Below, piece after piece: positions 29,953 to 39,705 of a stretch of DNA of 64,000 bases. Below the pieces are notes generated by a model, which did not search any database, was not told the DNA's origin, and was given only the letters and a program-made list of their open reading frames with translations. This stretch comes from Armatimonadota bacterium (lineage in GTDB: Bacteria > Armatimonadota > Zipacnadia > Zipacnadales > UBA5352): assembly GCA_034722055.1 (NCBI GenBank), contig JAYENL010000130.1, positions 1 to 64,000 on the forward strand. The letters run 5' to 3'. The position numbers and the translations under genes are program-made. Within the stretch, counting starts at the first letter, position 1, and each line of letters starts with the position of its first letter.

Positions 29953-31539
29953 CTATTCCCCGCCCTTGGGCCCTCCGTATTCCCGCGCCACGTGTATCGG
30001 CGGGTCCGTGCCGATCTGCTCGATGCTCTCGAAGCGGAACTCGCGCTGCCAGTCCTCCGGCGTCTTGAGCACCAGCACCGCCGGACGGCCCAGCAGCTTC
30101 GGGTCCGTCAGGTCCGTGTCCTCGAAGTAGTCGTACTGCGAGCCCCGGCGGCCCACATAGCGGCCCGCGCCGTAGACCGTCGGCCTTCCCGGCAGATAGT
30201 AGGCGAGCTGGCTGGCCCTCCCGTATGAGGCCGCCGCCACGAAGGGCTGCTCCCCCGTGCGCTCCCGCAGCAGCGCCATCGCATCCTCCACCCGCCCGGC
30301 CAGGCGTCTCGCGCCCACGATGCGATACATCGGCACATACTCGCCGAGCACCGGCAGCTTCGCGTAGACCTGCGGGAACATCAGCAGGCTCAGCGTGAAG
30401 AGCCCGAAGCCGATCGTCCAGCGCCAGGCGCTGATGAGCCGCGGTCGCGGCCCCTCGATGACCGTCAGCTCCGCCGCCAGCACCACCAGCGTGGCGTAGC
30501 CGGCGACCGGCCAGTTCGCCTCCACTCGCGAGACCAGCGACACCGCGAACATGAAGCCCAGCATCACCAGCCCGCAGCAGAGCATAAGGAGCCGGTGCGG
30601 CCATTTCCCGGGCTCATCCCACCGCGAGCGGACGGCCCGGAGCGCGGCCATGACGATGAGCACCAGCGCAGGGGGCCCCACGACGCCGATCTGTGACAGG
30701 AGCAGATCCGCCGCCGAGAAGCCGCCGAAGGGCCACGTCCACTGGGTGGGCACATCCCCGCCCGGCGCGCCGAGGTGCCCCAGCTCGTGCCTCACCGCCG
30801 GCCAGCCGTGGCGCGCATTCCAGATGAAGAAGGGGCTCATGGCCGCCAGCATGACCGCGGCCGTCAGCACCGCGCCCGCCGTCAGCCGCCGGTCCCAGGG
30901 CAGCTCCCGGCGGCGCAGTGCGCCGTAGATGATGAATCCCGGCGGCAGCAGCAGCATGGTGTATTTGAAGAGGAAGCCCACGCCAAGCGCCAGGCCCGTC
31001 AGCGCCCACAGGCCCCACGGCCTGTCCCCGGCCTCGTGCCGGGCGAAAGCGCGCCAGCCCCCCCAGGCTGCCAGCACCCAGCAGGCCACGAAAGGCCCGT
31101 CGATGGTCATGATCTGTGCCTCGGCCTGGTAGATGGGCACCAGGCACCAGGCCGCGGCGGCCAGGAGGCCGGCCCGCTCGTCGGAGGTCACGTCGATGGT
31201 CAGCCGAGCCAGCGCCAGGGCGCCGATGCCGGAGAAGATCGCGGCCGGCAGGCGGATCGCCCACTCCTCATGGCCGAAGACGGTCGTGCTCAGCCAGACC
31301 GACCACGCTACGCCCGGCCCCTTAGAGTAGTAGGACAGCGCCGGGCGTCGCGCCCACTCCCAGTAGTGCGCCTCGTCCTGCACCAGATCCCACTCGCACA
31401 GGAAGATCAGATAAGTGACGCGCAGGGCCAGCAGGCCCAGCACCAGCACCAGCGTGGCCCGCCAGTCGGCCCACGCCAGCCAGGGCCGCTCAAGCGCGTT
31501 CTCCTCCTGTGGCGTTGTCCGCACCTTGTGCTGCCGCAT
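29953..31539 (-). CDS. ArnT/GT39-like polyprenyl-phosphate-sugar-dependent glycosyltransferase
   Basis: DEAHYWEW, SYYSKGPG, AIRLPA, KYT, many TMs. Confidence 0.85.
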   Translation of the reverse strand: MRQHKVRTTPQEENALERPWLAWADWRATLVLVLGLLALRVTYLIFLCEWDLVQDEAHYWEWARRPALSYYSKGPGVAWSVWLSTTVFGHEEWAIRLPAAIFSGIGALALARLTIDVTSDERAGLLAAAAWCLVPIYQAEAQIMTIDGPFVACWVLAAWGGWRAFARHEAGDRPWGLWALTGLALGVGFLFKYTMLLLPPGFIIYGALRRRELPWDRRLTAGAVLTAAVMLAAMSPFFIWNARHGWPAVRHELGHLGAPGGDVPTQWTWPFGGFSAADLLLSQIGVVGPPALVLIVMAALRAVRSRWDEPGKWPHRLLMLCCGLVMLGFMFAVSLVSRVEANWPVAGYATLVVLAAELTVIEGPRPRLISAWRWTIGFGLFTLSLLMFPQVYAKLPVLGEYVPMYRIVGARRLAGRVEDAMALLRERTGEQPFVAAASYGRASQLAYYLPGRPTVYGAGRYVGRRGSQYDYFEDTDLTDPKLLGRPAVLVLKTPEDWQREFRFESIEQIGTDPPIHVAREYGGPKGGE

Positions 31540-31699
31540 CAGCCGGCGTCCACCCGTCTCAGCCGCTCCGTCGCTCCGGACAGACAGATTACGCGCAACT
31601 GAGGCCGGGCGCAAGGCCAACACACGCGGCGCGGAGGCTCTGCGGCGGCCGACGGCGAAGTCAAACGTGAGTGCGCGACGCCACCCGAGGAGCGCGACC

Positions 31700-32683
31700 A
31701 TGCAGCAGCTCAGTTCGGGCGCCGAGGCCGCGCCCGACGTCTCCATCGTCATCCCGGTCTACAACGAGGAGGAGGCCATCCGCCCTCTGCACCAAGCGCT
31801 CGTGGACGCCCTCGATGACCTCGAGTGCGGATGGGAGGTCATCCTCGTCAACGATGGCAGCAGCGATGGCAGCGCCGAGCGCCTTGACGAGGTCGCGCAG
31901 GGCGATGCACGGTTCGTGGCCATCCACCTGCGCCGTAACTTCGGCCAGACAGCGGCCATGGCGGCCGGCTTCGATCACGCCCGCGGCCAGATCATCGTGG
32001 CCATGGACGCGGACCTGCAGAACGACCCTGCGGACATCCCCAGGCTGCTGGCGAAGATCGACGAGGCCTACGATGTTGTCAGCGGCTGGCGGAAGAGCCG
32101 CAAGGACTCTTTCCTCACGCGCATCCTCCCCTCCAGGATCGCCAACTGGCTGATCTCCGCTGTCACGGGCGTGCGCCTGCATGACTACGGCTGCTCCCTG
32201 AAGGCTTATCGCCGCGAGATCCTTGAGGACGTGCAGCTTTATGGGGAGATGCACCGCTTCATCCCCGCCCTGGCGCACTGGGCGGGCGCACGCATCGCGG
32301 AGGTGGAGGTGGCGCATCACCCGCGGCAGTTCGGCGCCAGCAAGTATGGCCTCGCGCGGACCATCCGGGTCTTCCTGGACCTGCTGACGGTGAAGTTCCT
32401 GCTCAGCTACGCCACCCGGCCGATCCAGGTCTTCGGCAGGTGGGGGCTGCTCTCCGGCGCCATCGGCTTCATCATGGCGGCCTGGCTGAGCTTCCGGAAG
32501 TTCTACTTCAGCGAGGACATCGGCAACCGTCCCGCGCTGCTGCTGGCGGTGCTGCTGATGCTGGTGGGGCTGCAGTTCATCACCATGGGCCTGCTGGCGG
32601 AGCTGCAGGCCCGCACCTACTACGAGGCCCAGGGCAAGCCCATCTACGCCATCCGCAGGATCACTCGCGACGACGGACGCTAG
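31700..32683 (+). CDS. GT2 glycosyltransferase (ArnC/GtrB-like)
   Basis: SIVIPVYNEE, DGSSDGS, RNFGQ, MDADLQNDP, two C-terminal TMs. Confidence 0.92.
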   Translation: MQQLSSGAEAAPDVSIVIPVYNEEEAIRPLHQALVDALDDLECGWEVILVNDGSSDGSAERLDEVAQGDARFVAIHLRRNFGQTAAMAAGFDHARGQIIVAMDADLQNDPADIPRLLAKIDEAYDVVSGWRKSRKDSFLTRILPSRIANWLISAVTGVRLHDYGCSLKAYRREILEDVQLYGEMHRFIPALAHWAGARIAEVEVAHHPRQFGASKYGLARTIRVFLDLLTVKFLLSYATRPIQVFGRWGLLSGAIGFIMAAWLSFRKFYFSEDIGNRPALLLAVLLMLVGLQFITMGLLAELQARTYYEAQGKPIYAIRRITRDDGR

Positions 32684-33040
32684 TGGTGACTTGCGCAATT
32701 CCGCGTGCGTTGACGACGAGAAGCCTCGGCGCTTGGTTGCCTTGGAGATGAGCGGCTTGCTTGGTGGAGGGGCCGCCGGGCGCGCAGCGCCCGGCGAGAC
32801 CCAGGGTCTCCGAAGGTTCCATGAACGGCGTGCAGGCGAGGGCGCCTGCACTACTTGACGGTTGGGCCGGGGTGGAACCTGAGCGGTGCGTTACAGAACG
32901 CATCGCTCCCCGGAGACGCTACGCGTCTCTCCCCGCCCCCACACCCCGCCCGCTCGCTTCGCTCGCGGCGGCCCCTCCATCGGGGGCGGAAGCGTGGCAT
33001 CCTGGCGCCAGAAGATGCGCGAGCTTCCGCCACTGAGCGC
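32683..33040 (+). mobile_element. MITE-like structured repeat, copy 3 (diverged, 358 bp)
   Basis: Same termini and internal motifs (GGTGGAGGGGCCGCCGGGCGCGCAGCGCCCGG, GGGCCGGGGTGGAACCTG, CGCTCGCTTCGCTCGCGGCGGCCCCTCCAT); TA at 32681-82 and 33041-42. Confidence 0.78.
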
Positions 33041-34359
33041 TACTCCCACCGCAGCGCGCCCAGCTCTCGCTGAAGCTGCTCCTCCAGCCGATCAACCTCC
33101 TGCGGGAACTCGTGCGCAACATCGTGCTGCTCCGCCGGGTCCTGCTCCCGGTCATACAGCTCACGCTGGCCGCTGGCCCCCGGCAGCAGCAGGCTCCAGC
33201 GGCCGTCGCGGATCGCGGCGCTGCGGCTGTGTATGCCCGTGATGGCGTAGTCGCGCACCCAGTCGGTCTCCCCGCGCACCAGCGGCAGCAGGCTGGTGCC
33301 ATGGATGCCGGGCTGCCGATCCACGCCCACGGCGTCGCAGATGGTGGGGGCGATGTCCGAGAGGCGCACCAGCGCCTCCCGCCTCTGCCCGGCTCCCGCC
33401 CCGTCGGGCAGGCGCACAAGCAGCGGCACCGCCGCCAGCTCCTCGTAGAGCCACGGCCGGGCCTTCCGCACGATGCCATGGTCGTCGAGCGGCTCCCCGT
33501 GGTCGCTGGTGAATACAATCACCGAGCTGTCGAGAAAGCCCATCTCCCGCGCGGCGTCCAGCAGCCTGCCAACCCATCGATCCACCAGCGTCACCTCGCC
33601 GGCATACAGGGCGCGGACGTTCTGCATCTCCTCCGGCGTGAGATAGCCCTCCACCTCCGAGGGCACCGGGTCGATGATCTCCAGACCCTCGTAGCCGGGG
33701 TTGTAGGGCTCCTTGAGCTCCAGCGGGGGGTCCCAGGGCTCGTGCGGGTCGAACATGTCCAGCCACAGGAAGAGGCGGTCCTGCCCCCGGTGTCGCTCCA
33801 GCCAGTCGATGCCCTTCAGGCACACCTGAGCGCAGAAGTAGTCCTCCTCGCTCTCGCGCCCGGAGATGTTGCGGAGGTAGTGGCGGAAGCGCGCCGCGAA
33901 GTCCTCGCTGCGCTCCGCATCGCCAGTGGGCTTGAAGTGGCGCTCGAGCCCGGCGTCGATCTCAGCGGGATCCACATCCGAGGGCCGCACCCACGGGTCG
34001 TACTCCTGCCCGCGGACAAAGAGCGTCTCGTCGAAGCCCCGGCCCATGTTGTAGCCGGGCTTGTGCATGTGATAGACGTCGGTGATCAGGGCCGAGGTGT
34101 AGCCCTTGTCCCACAGCCACTCCGCGATGGGCAGGTCCTCCTGCTCCAGCGGCTGCCAGGGCCGGAAGGGGAAGCAGATGCGTCCGGTCCACATGGAGGT
34201 GCGGCAGGGGATGGTATTGAGCGAGTCCGCGTAGGCGCCGTCGATGACGCAGCTCTCGGCCGCCAGGCGGTCCAGGTTCGGCGTCCGTATCCAATCGTTG
34301 CCGTAGCAACCCAGGTGGTCTTTGCGCAAGCTGTCCGCGACGATCACGATGACGTTCAC
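33040..34359 (-). CDS. Sulfatase-like alkaline phosphatase superfamily enzyme
   Basis: GTG after AAGGAGG; NVIVIVADSLRKDHLGCYG, TPNLDRLA, TIPCR..WTG, DPHEPW, TSDHGE. Confidence 0.88.
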   Translation of the reverse strand: MNVIVIVADSLRKDHLGCYGNDWIRTPNLDRLAAESCVIDGAYADSLNTIPCRTSMWTGRICFPFRPWQPLEQEDLPIAEWLWDKGYTSALITDVYHMHKPGYNMGRGFDETLFVRGQEYDPWVRPSDVDPAEIDAGLERHFKPTGDAERSEDFAARFRHYLRNISGRESEEDYFCAQVCLKGIDWLERHRGQDRLFLWLDMFDPHEPWDPPLELKEPYNPGYEGLEIIDPVPSEVEGYLTPEEMQNVRALYAGEVTLVDRWVGRLLDAAREMGFLDSSVIVFTSDHGEPLDDHGIVRKARPWLYEELAAVPLLVRLPDGAGAGQRREALVRLSDIAPTICDAVGVDRQPGIHGTSLLPLVRGETDWVRDYAITGIHSRSAAIRDGRWSLLLPGASGQRELYDREQDPAEQHDVAHEFPQEVDRLEEQLQRELGALRWE

Positions 34360-34525
34360 TGTGTGGCCTCCTTCGATTGGCCTGAGCGGCCGCGCTGGCC
34401 TCTGTCTCGTGATGACAGCTTCATCGCATCCACCGCGTGTCCTCCCCGAGGATGGCGCTTGCAGGAGCCCCGGCGCGTGTGGTTGAATAGAAGGGCGACT
34501 GCTGGCCGCGAGGTGGCGGTGCGAG

Positions 34526-35041
34526 ATGAAGCGCATCGAGGATACGGAGCGCTGGACCTGCCCCGTCTGCGGCACAGAGCTGCCCGACGACGAGCACCTG
34601 AGACGTTGCCCCCGCTGCGGGGCGAAGGCGCTCTGGCGGCGCCGGGAGCCGGCTGTGGCGTATGGCGTGGTGCTTTTCAACGCCCGGCTGTGCGGCATCA
34701 TGGCGGGCATCCAGGCGGGGATGATTGCAGTGCTGGTGGCCGGCTACCGCCTGCCCATCCCCTGGGGGGTTGCGCTGGCGGTGGCGGCGCTTCCCGTCCT
34801 GGGCTATTGGCTGGCGGGATTCGTCGCCCAGCGGGTGCCGCGGTCATGGCGCACGGGCCTGCTGGTGTGGGTGCTGGCGCTCAACGCCGGGCTGCTGGCA
34901 GCGCTTATCGTGGCGGTGCTGGGGTACATGGACCCTTTGGCACTGGCCGCCATCACCGTTGGCGTGGCAGCGGTGCTCTCACACACCATCCGCAAGGCCG
35001 TCACCCACCACGCCAGCCAGAGGGACACCACCGCGGGCTAG
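34526..35041 (+). CDS. Hypothetical membrane protein with N-terminal zinc ribbon
   Basis: CPVC..CPRC then four hydrophobic segments. Confidence 0.65.
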   Translation: MKRIEDTERWTCPVCGTELPDDEHLRRCPRCGAKALWRRREPAVAYGVVLFNARLCGIMAGIQAGMIAVLVAGYRLPIPWGVALAVAALPVLGYWLAGFVAQRVPRSWRTGLLVWVLALNAGLLAALIVAVLGYMDPLALAAITVGVAAVLSHTIRKAVTHHASQRDTTAG

Positions 35042-35086
35042 GAGCCCGTCGTTGGCGTACGGAACCGCGGCGCGCTCGCAAACGGC

Positions 35087-35113
35087 GGGCGGGCTGGGCA
35101 GCCCGCCCCTCCA
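35087..35113. repeat. REP-like palindrome
   Basis: GGGCGGGCTG-GG-CAGCCCGCCC followed by CTCCA. Confidence 0.45.
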
Positions 35114-35207
35114 TACGGCATTCGTGCGCCGCGCCCTCCACGGGGTGCGCGTCGCTTGCGTCGTTCCGCCGCACGGAGTGCAACAGAGAGCCGTCGGAGG
35201 TCTGCCA

Positions 35208-36461
35208 ATGTCGATCCAGGATCAGGTGCTCCACGCCGCGCGCAACGCCCGCCAGGCCAGCCGCTCGCTGGGCAGCATCAGCGGCGTGAAGAGAGCCGAG
35301 GCCCTGCGCGCCATGGCCGCCGCCGTTCGCGACAACACCGAGGCCATCACGCGCGAGAACCACAAGGACATGGAGGCGGGCGAGAGCAGCGGCCTCTCCT
35401 CGGCCATGCTCGACCGCCTGCTGCTCACCGACGAGCGCATCGAGGACATCGCGGTGGCGCTGGAGGAGATCGCGGAGCTGCCCGACCCGGTGGGCCGCGT
35501 CCTGAAGGAGTGGACCATCGACAGCGGCCTGCACATCCAGCGCGTGGCGGTTCCCATCGGCGTCATCGGCATCATCTACGAGTCTCGCCCCAACGTCACG
35601 GCCGACGCCGCCGGCCTGTGCATCAAGTCCGGGAACGCCTGCGTCCTCCGTGGCGGATCGGAGGCCATCAACTCCAACCTGGCGCTGGCCGGCGTTCTCT
35701 CGGCTGCCGCCACCGAGGCGGGGCTGCCCGAGGGCTGCATCTCCATGATCCCGATCACGGATCGGGAGGCGGTGGGGATGATGTGCCGCATGCCGGAGCA
35801 CATCGATCTCATCGTCCCTCGCGGTGGTGAGGGCCTCATCCGCGCTGTCACCGAGAACGCCCAGGTCCCGGTCCTCAAGCACTATCGCGGCATGACGCAG
35901 ATCTATGTTGACGAGCACGCCGACCTGGACCTGGCCGTGAAGCTGGTTCACAACGCCAAGGTCCAGCGGCCTGGGGTGTGCAACGCCGTCGAGAATCTGT
36001 TCGTGCACCAGGGCGCCGGCGACCTGCTGGCGGCGATCGTGGCGGACCTGCAGGAGGCGGGCGTGGAGATCCGCGGCTGCCCCCGGACGGTGGAGATGGT
36101 GGAGGGGATCAACCCGGCCACCGACGAGGACTTCGACACAGAGTACCTGGACCTGATCCTGTCGGTGATGATCGTGGACACGCTGGACGAGGCCCTGGAG
36201 AAGATCGCCGAGCATACCTCGGGGCTGACTGAGGCCGTCATCACAGAGGACAAGGAGGTCGCCGAGCGCTTCCTGAGCGAGGTGGACTCCGCGGCGGTCT
36301 ACCACAACGCCTCGACGCGGCTGACTGACGGCGGCGTCTTCGGCCTGGGCGCCGAGATCGGGGTCTCGACTGACAAGATCCACGCCCGCGGGCCGGTGGG
36401 AGCGGCGGAGCTGACCATCTACAAGTACGTCTGCCGCGGCGACGGACAGGTGCGCACCTGA
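35208..36461 (+). CDS. proA: Gamma-glutamyl phosphate reductase
   Basis: PIGVIGIIYESRPNV, LRGGSEA, CNAVE, NASTR, GAEIGVST. Confidence 0.96.
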   Translation: MSIQDQVLHAARNARQASRSLGSISGVKRAEALRAMAAAVRDNTEAITRENHKDMEAGESSGLSSAMLDRLLLTDERIEDIAVALEEIAELPDPVGRVLKEWTIDSGLHIQRVAVPIGVIGIIYESRPNVTADAAGLCIKSGNACVLRGGSEAINSNLALAGVLSAAATEAGLPEGCISMIPITDREAVGMMCRMPEHIDLIVPRGGEGLIRAVTENAQVPVLKHYRGMTQIYVDEHADLDLAVKLVHNAKVQRPGVCNAVENLFVHQGAGDLLAAIVADLQEAGVEIRGCPRTVEMVEGINPATDEDFDTEYLDLILSVMIVDTLDEALEKIAEHTSGLTEAVITEDKEVAERFLSEVDSAAVYHNASTRLTDGGVFGLGAEIGVSTDKIHARGPVGAAELTIYKYVCRGDGQVRT

Positions 36462-36470
36462 GGGATACCC

Positions 36471-37604
36471 GTGAGCGCCGAGAGCGATCACAGCAGGCCC
36501 GGCCGCGTGGTGGCGAAGATCGGCACGCGGCTGGTTATCGACTCCCAGGGAGAGCCCCGCCGCGACTTCCTCCGGCGCATGGCGCGGCAGGTCCGCGAGC
36601 TCATCGACGACGGCGTCGAGGTCGTGCTGGTCACCTCCGGGGCCGTTGGTGTCGGCCGCCGCATGATCTTCGAGGCCGGCAAGCACCTGCGGCCGAATGA
36701 GCGCCCGTCCGCGGCCGCCGTGGGCCAGCCCACCCTGATGCGCTACTGGGCGGAGGCCCTGGGGGAGGTGGACCTCGTCCCCGCCCAGGTGCTGCTGACC
36801 CAGGACGACGTCATCAACCGCGGGCGCTGCATCCGCCTCCGGGAGACCCTCGAGGACCTGCTGGGCTGGGGCGTGGTGCCGGTGCTCAATGAGAACGACT
36901 CCGTCTCCGTGGAGAGCGTGACCTTCGGCGAGAACGACCTGCTGGCGGCCATGGTCGCCGTCGCCATCGCCCCGGCGGAGCTGCTGGTGATTCTCTCCGA
37001 CCAGGAGGGCCTGTACACGGCGGACCCTCGCAGCGATGAGACCGCGGAGTTGATCCGTGAGGTCGCCCCCGACGAGGACGTGAGTCGCTACGCGTCCGGC
37101 GCCGGAGGCCCGGATTCGCTGGGCGGGATGGCGAAGAAGATCGAGGCCGCCCGCCGCGCCACGGACTGTGGCATCCGAGTGGTCATCGCGGACGGCAACT
37201 GCGATGGGGTGCTGAGTCGGATCGTGGCCGGCGAGGAGATCGGCACCCACATGATGGCGAGGCCTCGCCTGCCCTCCCGCAAGGCCTGGCTGGCCGTGCA
37301 CGGCATGCCCCGAGGGAGCCTGGTGGTTGATGAGGGCGCCCGTCAGGCGCTGCTGCAGAGCGACGGGTCCAGCCTGCTGCCCAGCGGGATCGTGGAGGTG
37401 CGCGGCGACTTCCAGGTCGGCGACCTGGTGACCATCCGCGACGCGCAGGGACGGGAGATCGCGCGGGGGCTGGCCGCCTACTCCTCCGCGGAGACTGAGA
37501 CGATCCGGGGCGAGCACTCCTCGCGCATCCCGGACCTGCTGGGGCGGGAGGGCTCAGCGGAGGTCATCCACCGCGACGACATGGTCATCACCGCGGACCA
37601 ATAG
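36471..37604 (+). CDS. proB: Glutamate 5-kinase with PUA domain
   Basis: KIGT, VTSGAV, AVGQ, NEND, FGEND, GGM..K, VIHRDD. Confidence 0.96.
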   Translation: MSAESDHSRPGRVVAKIGTRLVIDSQGEPRRDFLRRMARQVRELIDDGVEVVLVTSGAVGVGRRMIFEAGKHLRPNERPSAAAVGQPTLMRYWAEALGEVDLVPAQVLLTQDDVINRGRCIRLRETLEDLLGWGVVPVLNENDSVSVESVTFGENDLLAAMVAVAIAPAELLVILSDQEGLYTADPRSDETAELIREVAPDEDVSRYASGAGGPDSLGGMAKKIEAARRATDCGIRVVIADGNCDGVLSRIVAGEEIGTHMMARPRLPSRKAWLAVHGMPRGSLVVDEGARQALLQSDGSSLLPSGIVEVRGDFQVGDLVTIRDAQGREIARGLAAYSSAETETIRGEHSSRIPDLLGREGSAEVIHRDDMVITADQ

Positions 37605-37663
37605 ACAATAGCCATCACAGCCGGCACCCAGCCGTGGGCTGCATGAGCGGGGACACGGCAGGA

Positions 37664-37690
37664 ACAGGATAGACAGGATACACAGGATAA
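37664..37690 (+). repeat. Short tandem repeat, 9-bp ACAGGATA(G/C) x3
   Basis: ACAGGATAG ACAGGATAC ACAGGATAA directly visible. Confidence 0.7.
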
Positions 37691-37770
37691 CGACTGACCT
37701 CGAAGGCGGTGCGCGATAACCTGCCCTGCCGTCATCCTGCCGGTCCCCGGCGCCGGGACCCTGGTCGCGG

Positions 37771-37805
37771 AAAAACTAAGGCCCCCGCGATCGTCTGCGG
37801 GGGCC
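37771..37805 (-). terminator. Rho-independent terminator for the minus-strand lipoprotein gene
   Basis: GGCCCCCGC..GCGGGGGCC stem with A-run on plus strand (U-tract on minus). Confidence 0.55.
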
Positions 37806-37853
37806 AGTGCACTATGCTTCGACCGCCCTCAGGCGGCCTCGCATCGTCGCGTG

Positions 37854-38150
37854 CTACTCAGGTTCGGCAGGCGGTACCTCAGGAGCCTCGGGCTCGCCCT
37901 CGGGTGCCTCAACCTCGCCCTCGGGTGCCTCCTCCTCGGTGACCTCTTCCTCTGGCGCCTCTTCCTCGGGCACCTCCTCCTCAACACCGGGCGGCCCCAT
38001 CCCGGGTTCGGGCATGGGCTCCTCACCCTCCAGCATCATGGGCTCCTCGATCGGCTCCTCCTTCTTTGGGCAACCGCTGATGGCGAGTACCGTCAGCAGC
38101 AGCGCGACGATCAGGACGACCATCGCAACTATGCCCCAGTTGCTTCGCAT
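37854..38150 (-). CDS. Small acidic Glu/Pro-rich lipoprotein
   Basis: AAGGAGG RBS, signal peptide with AISG-C lipobox, EEEAPE-type repeats. Confidence 0.7.
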   Translation of the reverse strand: MRSNWGIVAMVVLIVALLLTVLAISGCPKKEEPIEEPMMLEGEEPMPEPGMGPPGVEEEVPEEEAPEEEVTEEEAPEGEVEAPEGEPEAPEVPPAEPE

Positions 38151-38257
38151 CGATGCAGCCTCCTTTGTCCTGGTACTGCGCACCCACACGCAGTTGTCTC
38201 GCGCCGCCGTTGCCGGCGACGGAACCTCAAGCCCCGGACGAGCCGGGGCACGCAACC

Positions 38258-39127
38258 CTATTCGTCAAGGATGTCCGATGCCGAGTAGCTGCGGCGCAGC
38301 AACTGCGCCGCCTGGTGCACCTCATCCTCGGTGATCGGACCTCGTTCCTCCCTATCTTGGTACTCGTAATCGGCCTCCACGTCAAGGCCCAGGACGATGC
38401 CTTGGTCGCCTTCCTCGTCGAAAGCGCCCGGTCGGGCGAAGATCTCCGCGGCCTTCTCGAAGCTCGCCTGGGCGGGCTCCTCAAAGCCCGCCGCCTGCAG
38501 GATGTTGCCGATCCACCAGTGCAGATGGCCGTCGAAGACCCCGCCGGTCAGGCCGTCCTGGAAGGCACCGACGGCGCTGAGGCAGGCCAGGCGAAAGCGA
38601 TCGATGTCATCCACCACGCGGCTACCGCTCTGCGGGTCGTAGCGCGTGAAGGCCTGTGTCGCCAGCTCGTAGCGGTTGTAGCCCAGCGCGAACTGAACCA
38701 GGGGATGGTCGGCGCCGGCGGCCGCTGCCGCCTCCAGCCGCTCCACCACACGATCCACCAGTCCGAGCTGGTAGTAGCACTCCGCCGACAGCAGCAGACG
38801 GCCGATCTCGGGCTCGCCTTCAGCCTGGTCCACGTTGAGCTGCTCCAGCAGCACGCGCACGCCGATATCCCGCTTCTCAGCCGAGGAGCGCACGTTGCCC
38901 AGAGTCACCTGCTCCTCAACAGTGAAGACCTGCATGGCGCGATGATAGCGCTCCAGGACCTCCAGGAACTCCCCGAGCCGCAGCCGCAAGCCCTGTGCCG
39001 CCCGCCCCTCCCCGGAGAGGTATTCGGCGATCAGCTCATAGTAGCTGACCGCGAAGGCGGAGACGGTGTCATACTCGCTCAGCCGGTCAAGGCGCTCCCA
39101 GATTTCCTCCTCGTCGGCATAGGACAT
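38258..39127 (-). CDS. Hypothetical TPR-like protein
   Basis: Long ORF with TPR-like helices (AECYYQLG, FALGY, WIGNIL). Confidence 0.65.
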   Translation of the reverse strand: MSYADEEEIWERLDRLSEYDTVSAFAVSYYELIAEYLSGEGRAAQGLRLRLGEFLEVLERYHRAMQVFTVEEQVTLGNVRSSAEKRDIGVRVLLEQLNVDQAEGEPEIGRLLLSAECYYQLGLVDRVVERLEAAAAAGADHPLVQFALGYNRYELATQAFTRYDPQSGSRVVDDIDRFRLACLSAVGAFQDGLTGGVFDGHLHWWIGNILQAAGFEEPAQASFEKAAEIFARPGAFDEEGDQGIVLGLDVEADYEYQDREERGPITEDEVHQAAQLLRRSYSASDILDE

Positions 39128-39284
39128 GTCCTGCCTGCTGCCCTCACTTGGACGAATTCTGGCCTCACGGTGAGGTACTTCCGCACTGGCCGCAGAACTC
39201 CTCTTCGCTTTTCCACGAATTCGCGGCCATCACGCCGCGGGGCCGAACGCTGCCGCCGGCCCCGGCTGCGGGCTCCTCGGGCGG

Positions 39285-39665
39285 CTATCGGAGCTCGACC
39301 GACGCGCCGGCCTCCTCCAGCCGCTGCTTCATCTGCTCGGCCTCCTCCTTGGGCACCGCCTCCGACAGCACGGCGTCCGGCGCCGACTCCACGAGCTCCT
39401 TGGCCTCCTTCAGACCCAGAGAGGTGCTCACCTCGCGGACGGCCTTGATAACCTTGATCTTCTCCGCGCCGGCGTCGGCGATGACCACGTCGAACTCCGT
39501 CTTCTCCTCCTCTTCGGCCCCGGCGGCCTCGGCCCCCGGCGCACCGGCCGCCGCCACGGGCGCGGCCGCGGTCACACCGTACTTCTCCTGCAGCTTGTCC
39601 TTGAGCTCCACAAGCTCCAGGACGGTGAGTCCGTCTACGGCCTCAATGATCTCGTCAACGGTCAC
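39285..39665 (-). CDS. rplL: 50S ribosomal protein L7/L12
   Basis: [40 protein letters not shown] start. Confidence 0.96.
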   Translation of the reverse strand: MTVDEIIEAVDGLTVLELVELKDKLQEKYGVTAAAPVAAAGAPGAEAAGAEEEEKTEFDVVIADAGAEKIKVIKAVREVSTSLGLKEAKELVESAPDAVLSEAVPKEEAEQMKQRLEEAGASVELR

Positions 39666-39705
39666 TCGCGATCTTCCCTTCAGTTGAGCTGTATTCTCTG
39701 CTCGC

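Noticed and set aside
35042..35205. T-box or riboswitch upstream of proAB
   Set aside because: No T-box AGGGTGGNACCGCG motif or terminator; only a REP-like palindrome
35001..37517. 838-aa minus-strand ORF and similar long antisense ORFs (e.g. 28237-30228, 33112-35289, 40410-42236)
   Set aside because: Shadow frames of well-supported genes; long stop-free antisense frames are expected at this GC content and have no recognisable motifs
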